Shown piece after piece: positions 9,620 to 18,593 of a stretch of 64,000 nt of DNA. The position numbers were made by a program, and so were the translations under genes. The DNA is from Candidatus Poribacteria bacterium (GTDB taxonomy: Bacteria > Poribacteria > WGA-4E > WGA-3G): NCBI GenBank assembly GCA_965242965.1, contig OZ251518.1, positions 4,928,001 through 4,992,000 of the forward strand, given 5' to 3'. Every line of letters begins with the position of its first letter. Position 1 is the stretch's first letter. Below the pieces are notes generated by a model. The model saw only the letters and a program-made list of their open reading frames with translations. It searched no databases and had not been told where the DNA came from.

Positions 9620-9945
9620 TGAGGGTGTTTCATAAATCGCTCAACGTCGCGAGGACAGGCCCCGCGCTACGGTAAAAAAACGCCGCCCCTTCACGTAGGG
9701 CGAGGGCCTGTCCCTCGCCATGCCACACGCGCAGGCGAGCGGGGTTCCCTCGCCATGCGTCTTGCTAGCAAACCGCATCACCCCTGTAGGTCAAGAGCAC
9801 CTGCTCTTGACCCGTTCGGGATCAGGCGATCCCGAACTACAGAGATGGGCCCAATGCCTGCCGGTATTCGCCCGCCCTCCAAGGCAGGATAAATACCGAC
9901 TACCGGGTTCATATCGGGACAAGGATGTCCCTCCTACCGGTGCGG
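9620..9945. repeat. IS-like terminal motif followed by a REP array
   Basis: TGAGGGTGTTTCATAAATCG at 9620-9639, then GTAG palindromes. Confidence 0.8.
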
Positions 9946-9961
9946 GGGAGATGCCCCGCGG

Positions 9962-11149
9962 TTAGCCAGCGGCCGTAGCGAAAGTTTCAGGGTTCTCCGC
10001 CGCCGCTTCATAGTCATCAAGTAGTTCCGTAATGCTCGGATTTTCGCCGCAAAGTGGGCAGTCCGCGTCGCGGTAAATTTTCACCTCACGATACGTCATC
10101 CCGAGTGCTTCATAAAGCACGAGTCGGCCGATGAGCGTTTCACCGATACCGATAATATACTTAATCGCCTCGGTGGCCATCATGACACCGATTACGCCTG
10201 GGAGCACGCCCAGGACACCCGCCTCGCTTCAGCTGGGCACCATGCCTGGGGGCGGCGGTGTCGGATACATGCACCGATAGCAAGGTCCTTCGTTCGGCTT
10301 AAAGAGGGTGACTTGCCCCTCAAATTGGAAGATGCTGCCGTGGACGATGGGCTTATTCATCAGCACGGCGGCATCGTTGACGAGGTAGCGCGTCGCGAAG
10401 TTATCGCAGCCATCGACAATCACATCGTATTCGCCGAAGATTTCCTCAACGTTGTCCGTAGTTAATCGGAGATTGTAAGGCGTGATGTCAACGTCCGGGT
10501 TGAGCGACTTAATCGTGGTGGTCGCGGACTGGACTTTCGGTGTGCCGACGGACTCCGTGCGATGGAGGATCTGGCGTTGCAAATTACTCAACTCCACGAC
10601 ATCTGAATCGATGATGCCGAGGTGTCCTACGCCAGCGGCACCGAGGTAAACGCCGGCGGGTGAACCTAAACCGCCCGCGCCGACGAGTAACACTTTGGCA
10701 TCAAGCAGTTTGGATTGCCCTCTTTCGCCGACTTCCGTGAGCATAAAGTGCCGACTATACCGGTCCAACTGTTCGTTGCTCATCGGCTTGTCTTGTGCTG
10801 TTGGGTATCCAGCGGCAGACCAGTCGCGGTATCCGCCGGCCATGGAGACGGTATCCGTGTATCCCATTTCGCGCAGCGATTTTGCGGCGAGCAGGGAGCG
10901 GAGCCCTGCGGCGCAGTAGACGATAACCTTCTGCTCGCGGTCTGGGATATAATTCTCGACAGAAAATTCGAGCATCCCGCGCGTTACATGAACAGCATCG
11001 GGGATATACCCTGCGCGATATTCGTCTTCGTCGCGGACATCAAGGAGCACGAAGTCGGCATCGTCGGCTTGGCTCGCTTTGACTTCGTCCACGGTAACTT
11101 CGGGGATTTCTGTTTTTGCCGCCTCAACGATTTGTCTATAGGATTTCAT
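9962..11149 (-). CDS. moeB: Rhodanese-MoeB/ThiF adenylyltransferase; probable selenoprotein (in-frame TGA at 10229-10231), 395 aa
   Basis: Rhodanese YCAAGLRS; RYSRH, GAGGLGS, SNLQRQ, CYRC...VPS[TGA]SEAGVLGVLPG...CPLC; the two ORF-track pieces are in one frame; ATG 11149 after AGGAG. Confidence 0.88.
10197..10214 (-). promoter_or_regulatory. Candidate bacterial SECIS hairpin
   Basis: CCUGGG-CGUGCU-CCCAGG stem-loop; 20 nt separate the UGA from the loop, which has G at position 2. Confidence 0.7.
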
Positions 11150-11257
11150 AAAATTCTCCTGGCGGGTGGAGATACCACTCCACACGAACGATTTTCACAC
11201 GAGTTGCAGTTAAGTATGTTTCACGATTTTGGGCTTCTTTGACAATTCCTACAAGAA

Positions 11258-11286
11258 ATTATACCATAAATTTGTTATATTGTCAA
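11258..11286 (-). promoter_or_regulatory. Consensus sigma70 promoter of moeB
   Basis: TTGACA-17 nt-TATAAT with TG extension. Confidence 0.8.
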
Positions 11287-11304
11287 AACTTTTTTAATTC
11301 TGGC

Positions 11305-11922
11305 CCCTGGAGCAGGATAGGAGCAGGATAGGAGCAGGATTTACAAGATTATCACGATTAGCAAGAGACTGTAGTTCGGGAGCACCTGCTCCCGAACCGG
11401 CGCATGGAGAGGAAAACCCTTTCCTGGCCCGTAGCGCGGGGGCCTGTCCCCCGCGATCGTTCACGTGAAAAAAAACCCTCTTCAGGTCCTTTAGGTCCTG
11501 CATGTCTATAGTATCCCGCCGACCGAAAAAAAGCCCTAAGGTCCTTTAGGTCCTTAATCTGCAGCAGCTGCATCGCCGTAGAAAACATTAAGGTCCTAAA
11601 GGACCTTGCGGACTTGGCGGCCAGCGCGTGCTATAGACATTCAGGTCCTACGGACCTAAAACCGTTACCTGGCCCGTAGCGCGGGGGCCTATCCCCCGCG
11701 ATCGCACGACCTGCGCGAAAAACGCCAGCCAAAACCGTTTCCCATCCCGCGCCAGCGGGATGAATTCTGGGTGGAAAAAAATTTAACTAGGAAAGAAAAA
11801 AGCAGTGTGATATACTGTTCATGTCAGGAAACTTCATGGGGTGTCTCCTAAAATGTTTTTGGTTCTTCATGCTAGGATACCCCATCTCCTAACGTTTTCC
11901 AACGATTTATGAAACACCCTCA
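11305..11922. repeat. REP array, short tandem repeats and IS-like terminal motif
   Basis: GGAGCAGGAT(A) x3, GTAG palindromes, AGGTCCTA(C/AA)GGACCT units; CGATTTATGAAACACCCTCA at 11903-11922. Confidence 0.8.
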
Positions 11923-11948
11923 GCCTTAAATACTTGTCAGGAGGAAAA

Positions 11949-12167
11949 ATGGATACGCAACATACCTACACCGCTCATATTGAACACCACGGTGAGTGGT
12001 GGATTGGGTGGATCCTCGAGGTTTCTGGCGTAACGTGCCAAGAACGGACGCGAGAGGAATTGCTGGAATCGCTCAAAATGACGCTGCTTGAAATTTTAGC
12101 GTATGACGAAGAGCAAGCACGTCAACGAGCAATCCACGAATACGAGGAAATCAAGATTGCCGTATGA
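11949..12167 (+). CDS. hicB: HicB-like antitoxin (short form)
   Basis: YTAHIEHHGEWWIGWILEVSGVTCQERTREELLESL; GGAGG SD; ATGA overlap with hicA. Confidence 0.85.
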   Translation: MDTQHTYTAHIEHHGEWWIGWILEVSGVTCQERTREELLESLKMTLLEILAYDEEQARQRAIHEYEEIKIAV

Positions 12168-12349
12168 AACGGACCCAATTAATCAGGCATCTCACCCGAC
12201 ACGGATGCAAATTGGTGCGTGAAGGCAGAAGCCACTCGTTGTGGGGCAATCCTGAACTTGGCACTCGTGCCGCAGTCCCTAGGCACCAAGAAATTAATAA
12301 TCATCTGGCCCGGGAAATCTGCAAGGAACTAGAGATTCCCCGGATTTAA
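12164..12349 (+). CDS. hicA: HicA toxin (mRNA interferase)
   Basis: MKRTQLIRHL..GC..VREGRSH...VPRHQEI...ICKELEIP. Confidence 0.9.
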   Translation: MKRTQLIRHLTRHGCKLVREGRSHSLWGNPELGTRAAVPRHQEINNHLAREICKELEIPRI

Positions 12350-12388
12350 TGGGATTGAGCCCACTATTCTCAATAACGACACCGGTTA

Positions 12389-15300
12389 CTACTGAGAAAG
12401 CGTAACCCGCTCATTCGCGGCAAGATGGAATGTCCCTTCTTGGATGAGGCTGTCCACGAGAGGACGCATCCGCTGCACCAGCATCCTGCCGGTAGATTTG
12501 TAACCGAAGAGTTTCGCCGCTTCGGTGACGAGGGCATCGGGAGGCATGGAGCCCTGTGCCTCAAGCACCTGTTTCATCGCCGCGGCGATTTCTTCATCGC
12601 AGATCCACTCAATATTCAGGTTTTTCCGGCGGCGCACCTGAAGAGCACGCTCCTCGACTGTCCATAAGAAATCCCCTTTACGTTGCACGCGCCGGTTTGC
12701 CATCCGCTTTCGCTGCGCTGTCAAAATGCCCGCCTCAATTGCATCCTTAATTCGCGCGCCTGCCCGCTTGACACCCCACAAGGAACGAATGCGGAAGACC
12801 ACGGCATCAACATGGACAGGGCTTTCAACCTCCACTACCTGCTCAATGGCTAGCGCAAGCTGGCCAGGGGCTTGCTCGGGTAACGTGCCGCGGATCTGGA
12901 TGCCCAAATCGGTGCATTCAACGTAAGCATGCTGTTCGGACGGCGGTGGCGTTGCCGGCTGTGGTGGCGTTGCCGGTGTGCTTTCTTCTTCCGGGGGTTC
13001 ATCAGGAGGAGTTAACACAGGTTCTTCTGCTTTTGGCGGCGGTTCTTTTGGCGTTGCGATTTTGGCGCGTTCAACTGCTGCTAATAGCCGCTGTCCGGTT
13101 TCCGCGCGATGCCGATACCAATCAGTAGACCAGATGCGGTGAATCGTCCACCCTAATCCCTCCAACACCTGCTGTCTCAGCCGGTCCCTATCTCGCGCCA
13201 CGGGCGAACTGTGATACCGCGCGCCATCGCATTCAACGCCGAGAAGATACCGGCCCGGGGATGCAGCATCTGTTACGGCAAGATCGATGCGATAACCTGC
13301 GCATCCTACCTGTTTGCTAACGGTGTAGCCGTGGTTTGTGAGGAACTCATAGACTGCATCCTCAAACGGCGAATCGGTATCGCCGCCTGTCGGCATCGCA
13401 GTTTGCAAGTTCCGATTCTCGGCATAGTCAAGGAAGGTTTTTAGGGCCCGCACGCCGAACGGGGCACTCTCGTCTATGTGCAGCTCTGCCGCGCGGAAAT
13501 TGGAGAAGACGACGCACCGCTCCCTCGCGCGCGTGATGAGAACGTTCAAACGGCGATGCCCACCTTCTTGGTTAAGCGGGCCGAAGTTGCGATGAAGTCG
13601 TCTTGTCCCATCTTTTCCATAACCGATGCTGAGGAAGATGACATCGCGTTCATCTCCCTGAATCGTCTCCAGATTCTTGACGAAGAAATGTTCGTCACGG
13701 GTGCTGGCGAAGAAGGTTTCCATCTCTGGATGCTGACGCAACTGGAGTTCCACTTCGTCAAAGATGGCTTGTTGCTGTTTGCTACTGAAGGTGCCGACAC
13801 CGAGGCTTTTGTCCGGATACTCCTGAAAATGCTGAAAAGCGGCTTGGACGACAGCTGCCGCCTCTTTCCGATTGGCAGCACTGCGTCCCCTGTCGTAAAC
13901 CGCCTCTGGCAGATGGACAAACTTCAGTCCGAGGTGTTTCACATCTTCAAGCGGCGAAGGGAAAATGAGCAGGTTGTTGTCATAGAATTCCTGATTGGAA
14001 ACGGCGATGAGCGACTCGTGTCGGCTGCGATAGTGCCACTTTAACGCCTTCGTCGGAAACGCCATTTTGCAGTGGTGCAGAATGCTCTCCACATCAAGGA
14101 GCGTGGTGGTGCCATCGTCGGTATCCGCTTCGGTATCGTCAACGATGCTGTCAAAGAAACGGGTGGGTGGTAACTGCCGCGTATCGCCGATGACGACGGC
14201 TTGTTTGCCTCGTAAAAGCGCGCCGAGCGCGTCTTCTGGCCGGATCTGACTCGCTTCGTCAAACACGATAACGTCAAAGTTGAGCAAACTCGGGTCGCAG
14301 AATTGCGCAACAGATAGCGGGCTCATCATAAAGCACGGCTTAACTTTCTGGATCAAACCGCCGACGGTAGAAAGCAGTTTTCGGATGGGCATGTGGCCGC
14401 GCTTGCGGTTAAATTGCCCGTGGAGGATGCCGACTTCGGAGTCACGGGATGCACCGTCAATCAGACGCGGGCGGTTTTGATGCAACCGAGCGACAAGCCG
14501 TTGTTGATTCACTTTGAACGACGCATTGTCATGCTCGCGGAAATCTGCAATCTTTTTTTCGTGCAGTTCGCGTGAAAAGCCCTGCAGTGGTAGACGTTCC
14601 ATGAACGCCTCATGGAGGAGAGCATCGGCGAGGTTGCCCTCAAAACAGGCAACTAAATCTGCCGGTTCAAGTGCCGCCATGTGTTCCAAAATCGGTTTCG
14701 CAATCGTCTCTTGGCACGCTTCACGCCGCATCATAAACTGTCCCCAAGCCGTCAATTGCGAACGCGCGTCCCGCCATGAATCAAGCCGCGCGCGGAGTTC
14801 CGCAAAGGAGAGGTTTTCCTCAGACTCTCCGAAGAGGCGTTCGGCATCGGTACCGAGGCGTTGAAAGAGCCGATTGCGCTGCGCCACAAACTCGCTTTCG
14901 GCGGCGGTAATTTGAGCGACGAGCGTCTCAATTTGTTCGCGCGGGATACCTGCGCTAACGATGGCCACGGCATCTACGGCATCTTCTGTCAAAGTGCCAT
15001 CAAGCAGACAGCCGCGGAATTCGACAATCCATTCGGCAAATGCGCGCAGGAAGTCTGCATCGCTGTTTTCACCGAGCCAGTGCTCGCCGAAGAGTGCGCG
15101 CCCGGTTTGTTCGCGTTCCTGCAGTGCTTTTCGGAGATGGATGCAGTGTGCTAATTCGCCGAGTTCACTGATAAGCACCTCTGGTTTTCGGGGTGCGGTT
15201 GCTTTGTAAAAACTTTGGAATTCGCGGTTGATGAACCGGTAGCGGCTGTTCAAAATGCGGAACCAACTTGCCGACAAGACTTTATACTCGTCAAGGAGAT

Positions 15301-17128
15301 TCGCGAAGTCTTGTGTTAAGGCAGTTGACGTAAATTTTGCGTTCGCCGAGGCAAGTGCATTTTGCAAATCCTCAACCTCAGCAATCAAGGCTGCTGCGTC
15401 TGTATTCTGCCTGTCCCACGCCGTATTCAACAGCATGTCGCGTGCGGCGGGGATGGCTCTTTTCATCACGTCTGCGCCTTGCATCGCGCGTGAGAGTGCG
15501 GCGAGGGTATCAGGAAGGTGAAATTTGCATGCCTCAACGCAGGGAATGAACGCCGCTTCTAGCGCATCCAATGCGTTTTTGCACGTCTCAATCAGCGTGC
15601 TGATTTCTCCTTCAACGAGCGGCGTGATGACACCCGGCACACAGCCACGCCACGGATGCTCGGCAATCGGCATGACATGCGGTAGCAGCGCTGCTACATT
15701 CTCAAGTTGCAACTTCGCCGCGTCCCAGTCTCCCCGGTTGCTTTCAGATGGGTTATTGAACCGCGCCGACATCATCTCGCGTCCGGCGTTCTCAAAATGC
15801 CGGCGCGCGTTCTCCCGAATCCCGAATAGCATATAGGGCGATTTCCCTGTCTCGCCGATGGGTTCATGCAAGGCGTTGACATACGCGTTGAGCTCTGCCT
15901 TCTGCGAATCAACATCGGAAAAGAGACTATCCGCTTGATTTAACTGCGGCGGGTGAGCAGAGAAGGTGCGTTCCAACGCTTGCAACACCTCACGTTTATT
16001 GGACTTGTGGCTGTGCAATTCCAAGCAGAAATCGCCGAGTCCCACCCGGTCCAACCGACTTTTCACCACCTCAAGGGCGGCCATTTTTTCACTGACGAAC
16101 AGGACATTTTTGCCAGCGGCGAGCAGTTCGGCGATGATATTGGTAATCGTTTGGGACTTCCCGGTGCCAGGCGGTCCTTCCACTACCAAACTCTTGCCTA
16201 CCTTGATGTCCTCAATGACTGCGATTTGTGACGAGTCCGCGTCCATGACGTGATAGAAAGTCTCGCTAGATTGCTTGTCTACCTCATCGGGTTGAAAGCC
16301 GCCACCTCCGCCTCCCCCGCTCCCGGTTGTCTCGCCAAAAATCCTTCCGAGTAGCGGATGGGTATCCACATTCCACCCCTCGGGCTCTAAATCTTTATAC
16401 ATCACAAATTTGGTGAAACTGAAGAATTCAAGGTAAATGTCCGGCACAACGCGCCAATTTTCCTGTCCGGTGATTGCATCGTTAACAGCCTGAAAATAGG
16501 CATCAATGGCGGCCTTGTCTTCGGGCGTTTCGAGAGGGGGCAATTCCAGGCTCTGCTCCGCCAGTTTTGCCTCCAGCGAGAGATTCGGTGACAGTTCCGC
16601 GCCGCTCCATTTGAGACTGAATCGGGTGCGCACCTTCTGGCGTTCCAATTCGACAGGAATGAGCAGGAGTGGGGCGCGATGCCTACTTTCAGAGCTCGCG
16701 CTTTCTGTCCACTCCAAGAACCCCATGGCGAGATAGAGGACAGAATAGCCTTGCTCCTCAAAGACAGAACGCGCCTGCTGATGGATGTAATACAACCGCT
16801 TCTGAAGTTCGTCTCCCGGCAGAGAGGTTTGCAAATGCCGGTCTGTGTGATGTTCCGCGGGTTCGGTAGCATCATCCACCCACGGCATCGGTGCAGCTTC
16901 ATCGTCTTCAACCTCGGATACCACCGTATTTTCGGAAGGCTTGAATTGCATCGTCCGTTCGCCGAGGACGAGAATGTCAAAAACCTCTTTCGGGATTTCA
17001 TCAATTACCTGAATGCTACGCCGTCGGCTTGGCCGGAAATTGAGGAGACGGTTTCTTCCTGTCAGATCGAGGAGATTCTGCCGCGCGGCTTGCAGCTGCT
17101 CGGCGATATTTCGATTCCGATTTTTCAT
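12389..17128 (-). CDS. DUF4011 + SF1 helicase + Vsr-like nuclease + DUF3320 protein (Hhe-like antiphage candidate)
   Basis: LLDLTGRNRLLNF, GPPGTGKSQTI, FDEASQ, HYRSRHESLI, QGDERD, GVECDGARYH, GWTIHRIWSTDW. Confidence 0.88.
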   Translation of the reverse strand: MKNRNRNIAEQLQAARQNLLDLTGRNRLLNFRPSRRRSIQVIDEIPKEVFDILVLGERTMQFKPSENTVVSEVEDDEAAPMPWVDDATEPAEHHTDRHLQTSLPGDELQKRLYYIHQQARSVFEEQGYSVLYLAMGFLEWTESASSESRHRAPLLLIPVELERQKVRTRFSLKWSGAELSPNLSLEAKLAEQSLELPPLETPEDKAAIDAYFQAVNDAITGQENWRVVPDIYLEFFSFTKFVMYKDLEPEGWNVDTHPLLGRIFGETTGSGGGGGGGFQPDEVDKQSSETFYHVMDADSSQIAVIEDIKVGKSLVVEGPPGTGKSQTITNIIAELLAAGKNVLFVSEKMAALEVVKSRLDRVGLGDFCLELHSHKSNKREVLQALERTFSAHPPQLNQADSLFSDVDSQKAELNAYVNALHEPIGETGKSPYMLFGIRENARRHFENAGREMMSARFNNPSESNRGDWDAAKLQLENVAALLPHVMPIAEHPWRGCVPGVITPLVEGEISTLIETCKNALDALEAAFIPCVEACKFHLPDTLAALSRAMQGADVMKRAIPAARDMLLNTAWDRQNTDAAALIAEVEDLQNALASANAKFTSTALTQDFANLLDEYKVLSASWFRILNSRYRFINREFQSFYKATAPRKPEVLISELGELAHCIHLRKALQEREQTGRALFGEHWLGENSDADFLRAFAEWIVEFRGCLLDGTLTEDAVDAVAIVSAGIPREQIETLVAQITAAESEFVAQRNRLFQRLGTDAERLFGESEENLSFAELRARLDSWRDARSQLTAWGQFMMRREACQETIAKPILEHMAALEPADLVACFEGNLADALLHEAFMERLPLQGFSRELHEKKIADFREHDNASFKVNQQRLVARLHQNRPRLIDGASRDSEVGILHGQFNRKRGHMPIRKLLSTVGGLIQKVKPCFMMSPLSVAQFCDPSLLNFDVIVFDEASQIRPEDALGALLRGKQAVVIGDTRQLPPTRFFDSIVDDTEADTDDGTTTLLDVESILHHCKMAFPTKALKWHYRSRHESLIAVSNQEFYDNNLLIFPSPLEDVKHLGLKFVHLPEAVYDRGRSAANRKEAAAVVQAAFQHFQEYPDKSLGVGTFSSKQQQAIFDEVELQLRQHPEMETFFASTRDEHFFVKNLETIQGDERDVIFLSIGYGKDGTRRLHRNFGPLNQEGGHRRLNVLITRARERCVVFSNFRAAELHIDESAPFGVRALKTFLDYAENRNLQTAMPTGGDTDSPFEDAVYEFLTNHGYTVSKQVGCAGYRIDLAVTDAASPGRYLLGVECDGARYHSSPVARDRDRLRQQVLEGLGWTIHRIWSTDWYRHRAETGQRLLAAVERAKIATPKEPPPKAEEPVLTPPDEPPEEESTPATPPQPATPPPSEQHAYVECTDLGIQIRGTLPEQAPGQLALAIEQVVEVESPVHVDAVVFRIRSLWGVKRAGARIKDAIEAGILTAQRKRMANRRVQRKGDFLWTVEERALQVRRRKNLNIEWICDEEIAAAMKQVLEAQGSMPPDALVTEAAKLFGYKSTGRMLVQRMRPLVDSLIQEGTFHLAANERVTLSQ

Positions 17129-17134
17129 GATTTC

Positions 17135-18322
17135 CTACCAATTCGCCTTCCTATCCTGCCACAGATGCGCCTTGACAGCATCCTCGTTGAGCTCAGTGCC
17201 CCAACCGGGACGCGTCGGCGTTTTCATGAAGCCGTCAACGATTTCTGGAGTATGCGTCGTCAAATCGTCTTTCCACGGGACATCGTCAATATCAATCTCC
17301 ATGATTCGCACGTTCGGCAGCACTGCACAGAGACTCGCGCTCATGAAGGAAGAGAGGTGGCTGTAGTAGTTGTGCGGCGCGACATTGAGTTGATACACCT
17401 CCGCCACGTCACCAATTTTCTTCGATTGCGAGAAGCCGTTCCACGGCACGTCTATCATGAAGACATCGGCGGCGCGCGCCTCAAAATAGGGGAGATAATC
17501 GCGCATGTAATAGAGATTCTCGCCGGTGCAGATTTTCGTCGTCGTGGCATCCTTAATCTGACGGATGGCTTCGGGCGAATACATGTCAATCTCTAACCAC
17601 AGCAAATCGAACGGTTCCAACGCCTTAGCGATGCGCATGCACGCCTCCGGCTTAAAGTTGAAGTTGAGATCGAGATTGATGCCGACATCCGGGCCGACTG
17701 CCTCGCGGAATGTGCCGATTAAGGTGACGATATGCCGCAGCAATTCAGAACTCACATTGCCATCGGTAGTGCCCTGTCCGCCGCCGAAACCGCTGAAGTA
17801 GACAGAGCTCGGGTCACCGGGGATGACGATATTCGTTTTGAGCGCAGTGAAGCCTTTCTCAACAACTTCGCGTCCGAGTGCGGCGATGTCGTCCATCGTC
17901 CTTAAAGGCGGCACGCCTAGGAGTTCAAAATTGCGAGCACGCGAGGTACCACAGTGGGACCAGTAGACGCGGACATCGTCACGCGTGGGCCCGCCGAACA
18001 ATTCCACGACAGAAATACCCAACGCTTTCGCTTTGATATCAACGAGGGCACATTCAATTCCAGCGATTGCCTTAGCGGCAATGCCGCCGGGGCTCTGCCG
18101 TGAACCACGAATCATGTCCCAGAACCGCATCTCATACGCGCCCGGGTCTTTCCCAATAAGCAACGGAGCCAGGTCGCGGATGGTGCCAGCCACGCCGTTG
18201 GGACTTCTACCGTCGCTACACTCGCCGTAGCCGGTGATGCCTTCGTCGGTTTCAACCTTGACGAAAATCCAAGGTCTCCAGCCAGCATCGACGATAAAGG
18301 TTTCAATGTTTGTAATTTTCAT
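17135..18322 (-). CDS. Mandelate racemase/enolase-superfamily dehydratase (DgoD-like)
   Basis: MKITNIETF..WIFVKVETDEGITGYGE, CTGEN, APHN; start ATG 18322 after AAGGAG. Confidence 0.88.
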   Translation of the reverse strand: MKITNIETFIVDAGWRPWIFVKVETDEGITGYGECSDGRSPNGVAGTIRDLAPLLIGKDPGAYEMRFWDMIRGSRQSPGGIAAKAIAGIECALVDIKAKALGISVVELFGGPTRDDVRVYWSHCGTSRARNFELLGVPPLRTMDDIAALGREVVEKGFTALKTNIVIPGDPSSVYFSGFGGGQGTTDGNVSSELLRHIVTLIGTFREAVGPDVGINLDLNFNFKPEACMRIAKALEPFDLLWLEIDMYSPEAIRQIKDATTTKICTGENLYYMRDYLPYFEARAADVFMIDVPWNGFSQSKKIGDVAEVYQLNVAPHNYYSHLSSFMSASLCAVLPNVRIMEIDIDDVPWKDDLTTHTPEIVDGFMKTPTRPGWGTELNEDAVKAHLWQDRKANW

Positions 18323-18339
18323 CGTTTTCTCCTTATTTT

Positions 18340-18585
18340 CTCCGGTAGGCGGGACATCCCTGTCCCGATGCCGAATTTTTTCCGGTAGGCGGGACATCCC
18401 TGTCCCGATATCCCTCTTCGGTAGGCGGGACATCCCTGTCCCGATACGAAAAATTGAGACCAGGAGGTCGCTCCTACCGAAACCGAATTGCATCGAGACC
18501 GGGAGGGCTCTCCTACCCGAAGAAATCGAGACCGGGAGGTCTCTCCTACGCCGGTAGGCGGGACATCCTTGTCCCGAATCCGATG
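18340..18585. repeat. REP array with tandem GGTAGGCGGGACATCCCTGTCCCGA units
   Basis: Four copies (one variant) plus GAGACC-type units. Confidence 0.85.
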
Positions 18586-18593
18586 CATCGCCG

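Noticed and set aside
6199-9965. Repeated ORFs of the MPHAHASGFPSPCV...PELQRWA type and REP-derived N-terminal extensions of nuoI, the enolase-family gene and the WD40 gene
   Set aside because: Translations of GC-rich palindromic repeats with variable ends; better starts exist downstream for the real genes
10229-10231. TGA as genome-wide recoding (Trp/Gly) or a simple nonsense mutation
   Set aside because: TGA is a true stop elsewhere (hicB/hicA and dppB/dppC ATGA overlaps); this codon sits at a conserved Cys with a hairpin downstream and no other decay
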